A stretch of DNA of 64,000 bases. Source: Eledone cirrhosa. Lineage: Eukaryota. Below the pieces are notes generated by a model. That model saw only the letters and a list, made by a program, of their open reading frames with translations. It was not told the DNA's origin and searched no databases. Location of the stretch: contig OZ024740.1 in the NCBI GenBank assembly GCA_964016885.1, positions 278,814,001 to 278,878,000 of the forward strand, read 5' to 3'. Below, one piece after another: positions 63,008 through 64,000 of this stretch (its first letter is position 1; each line of letters begins with the position of its first letter). A program made the position numbers and the translations under genes.

Positions 63008-63429
63008 CATACCCATATATCTCTCTCTCTTATTCTTTGTGTTCAGGTCTGGAGAGGAGATGGGCTCCACCTGGTTTAAAGTGCTCCAGACATTCTGTAT
63101 GTCAGTACGGTAGCCCTACAACTTCATCAGTGTTTACAGGTCCATATATGTTTTAATAATATCTTATCGAGGAAATGAGATTGAAGAAAGGATACTTGTT
63201 TATTCATCATGAAATAAACTCGTGTAGATCTGAAGTGAACAAACCATCTGAACTTCCTCGCATTGTTTTGTATTTGCATGCATGGTCGCGTAACCCCTAA
63301 GGAAGTCGTTGGGGCACCGTAGTGTAGTGACATACGGTATTTCTAGGGCATTTTTAAACCGAGCTGAGCCCATCCCTTCTCCGGGTTTGAATACAGCAGA
63401 CTGTGAGAGAATGGAAGTGAGAAAGAGAT

Positions 63430-63600
63430 ATAGAGGAAGAATCGACCCCAGTACTAGACAGCTATTTGATTTATCGACTTTGAATAGGTGAAAGGCAAAG
63501 TTGACCTCAGCGGGATTTGAACTCAAAGAGAAGAGAGCCGAAACTAATACTGCAAAGCCTTCTATCCGACGTTCTAGCGACTCAGCAAATTTGCCACCTT
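63430..63600 (-). mobile_element. Diverged tRNA-derived SINE
   Basis: GAAAGGCAAAGTTGACCTCAGCGGGATTTGAACTC on the + strand. Confidence 0.65.
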
Positions 63601-64000
63601 GTTTTTTTATTTACACTAGCAGAAAAAAAACACCGAGATTAACTTTGCTTTTCATCCTTACGGGGTCGGTAAAATAAAGTACCAGTAATACACTGAATTA
63701 ATTGCTGGTCTTGTACCAAAAGTAGAAACAATTATTTATTCAAAGTAATCCAATTTATTTTACAAACGAGATAAAAAAAAATATATTCTGTGCGCAATCC
63801 CGCACTCCTTTCTTTAAGATGTATTAATTGACCGACTGTACACTCTCGTGTGTTTATATGCGTGTGCGTGCGTGTACGTGTGTGTGTTCGTGTGTATGTG
63901 TGTGCATGTGTGTGTACGTGTGTGTGTTTGCGTGCGTGTGTGTTTGCGTATGTGTGTGTGTATGTGTGTGCGTTTGCGTGTCTATGTACGTGTGTGTGTG

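Overview
AT-rich, microsatellite-dense animal genomic DNA. The SINE and simple-repeat content suggests a cephalopod such as Octopus (inference). No host protein-coding gene could be confidently identified. The centre (about 19.2-39.8 kb) is a single (ATT/TAA)n microsatellite locus holding six non-LTR retrotransposons. Three are head-to-tail, near-identical Tx1-clade (L1-group) elements on the + strand: two full-length with intact 1139-aa APE-RT-zinc-finger ORF2 and one internally deleted. The other three are R4/Dong-type RLE elements on the - strand. The Tx1 element has two unusual coding features: ORF1 is split by a shared +1 frameshift at a C8 run, and a candidate 53-nt GT-AG intron would join ORF1 to ORF2 in frame. 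The flanks hold decayed Penelope-like (GIY-YIG) elements and their terminal repeats. These contain about 16 recognisable minimal type-I hammerhead ribozyme motifs, often paired in inverted repeats or a perfect palindrome. RTE fragments, tRNA-derived SINEs, small DNA-transposon MITEs and many simple repeats make up the rest.
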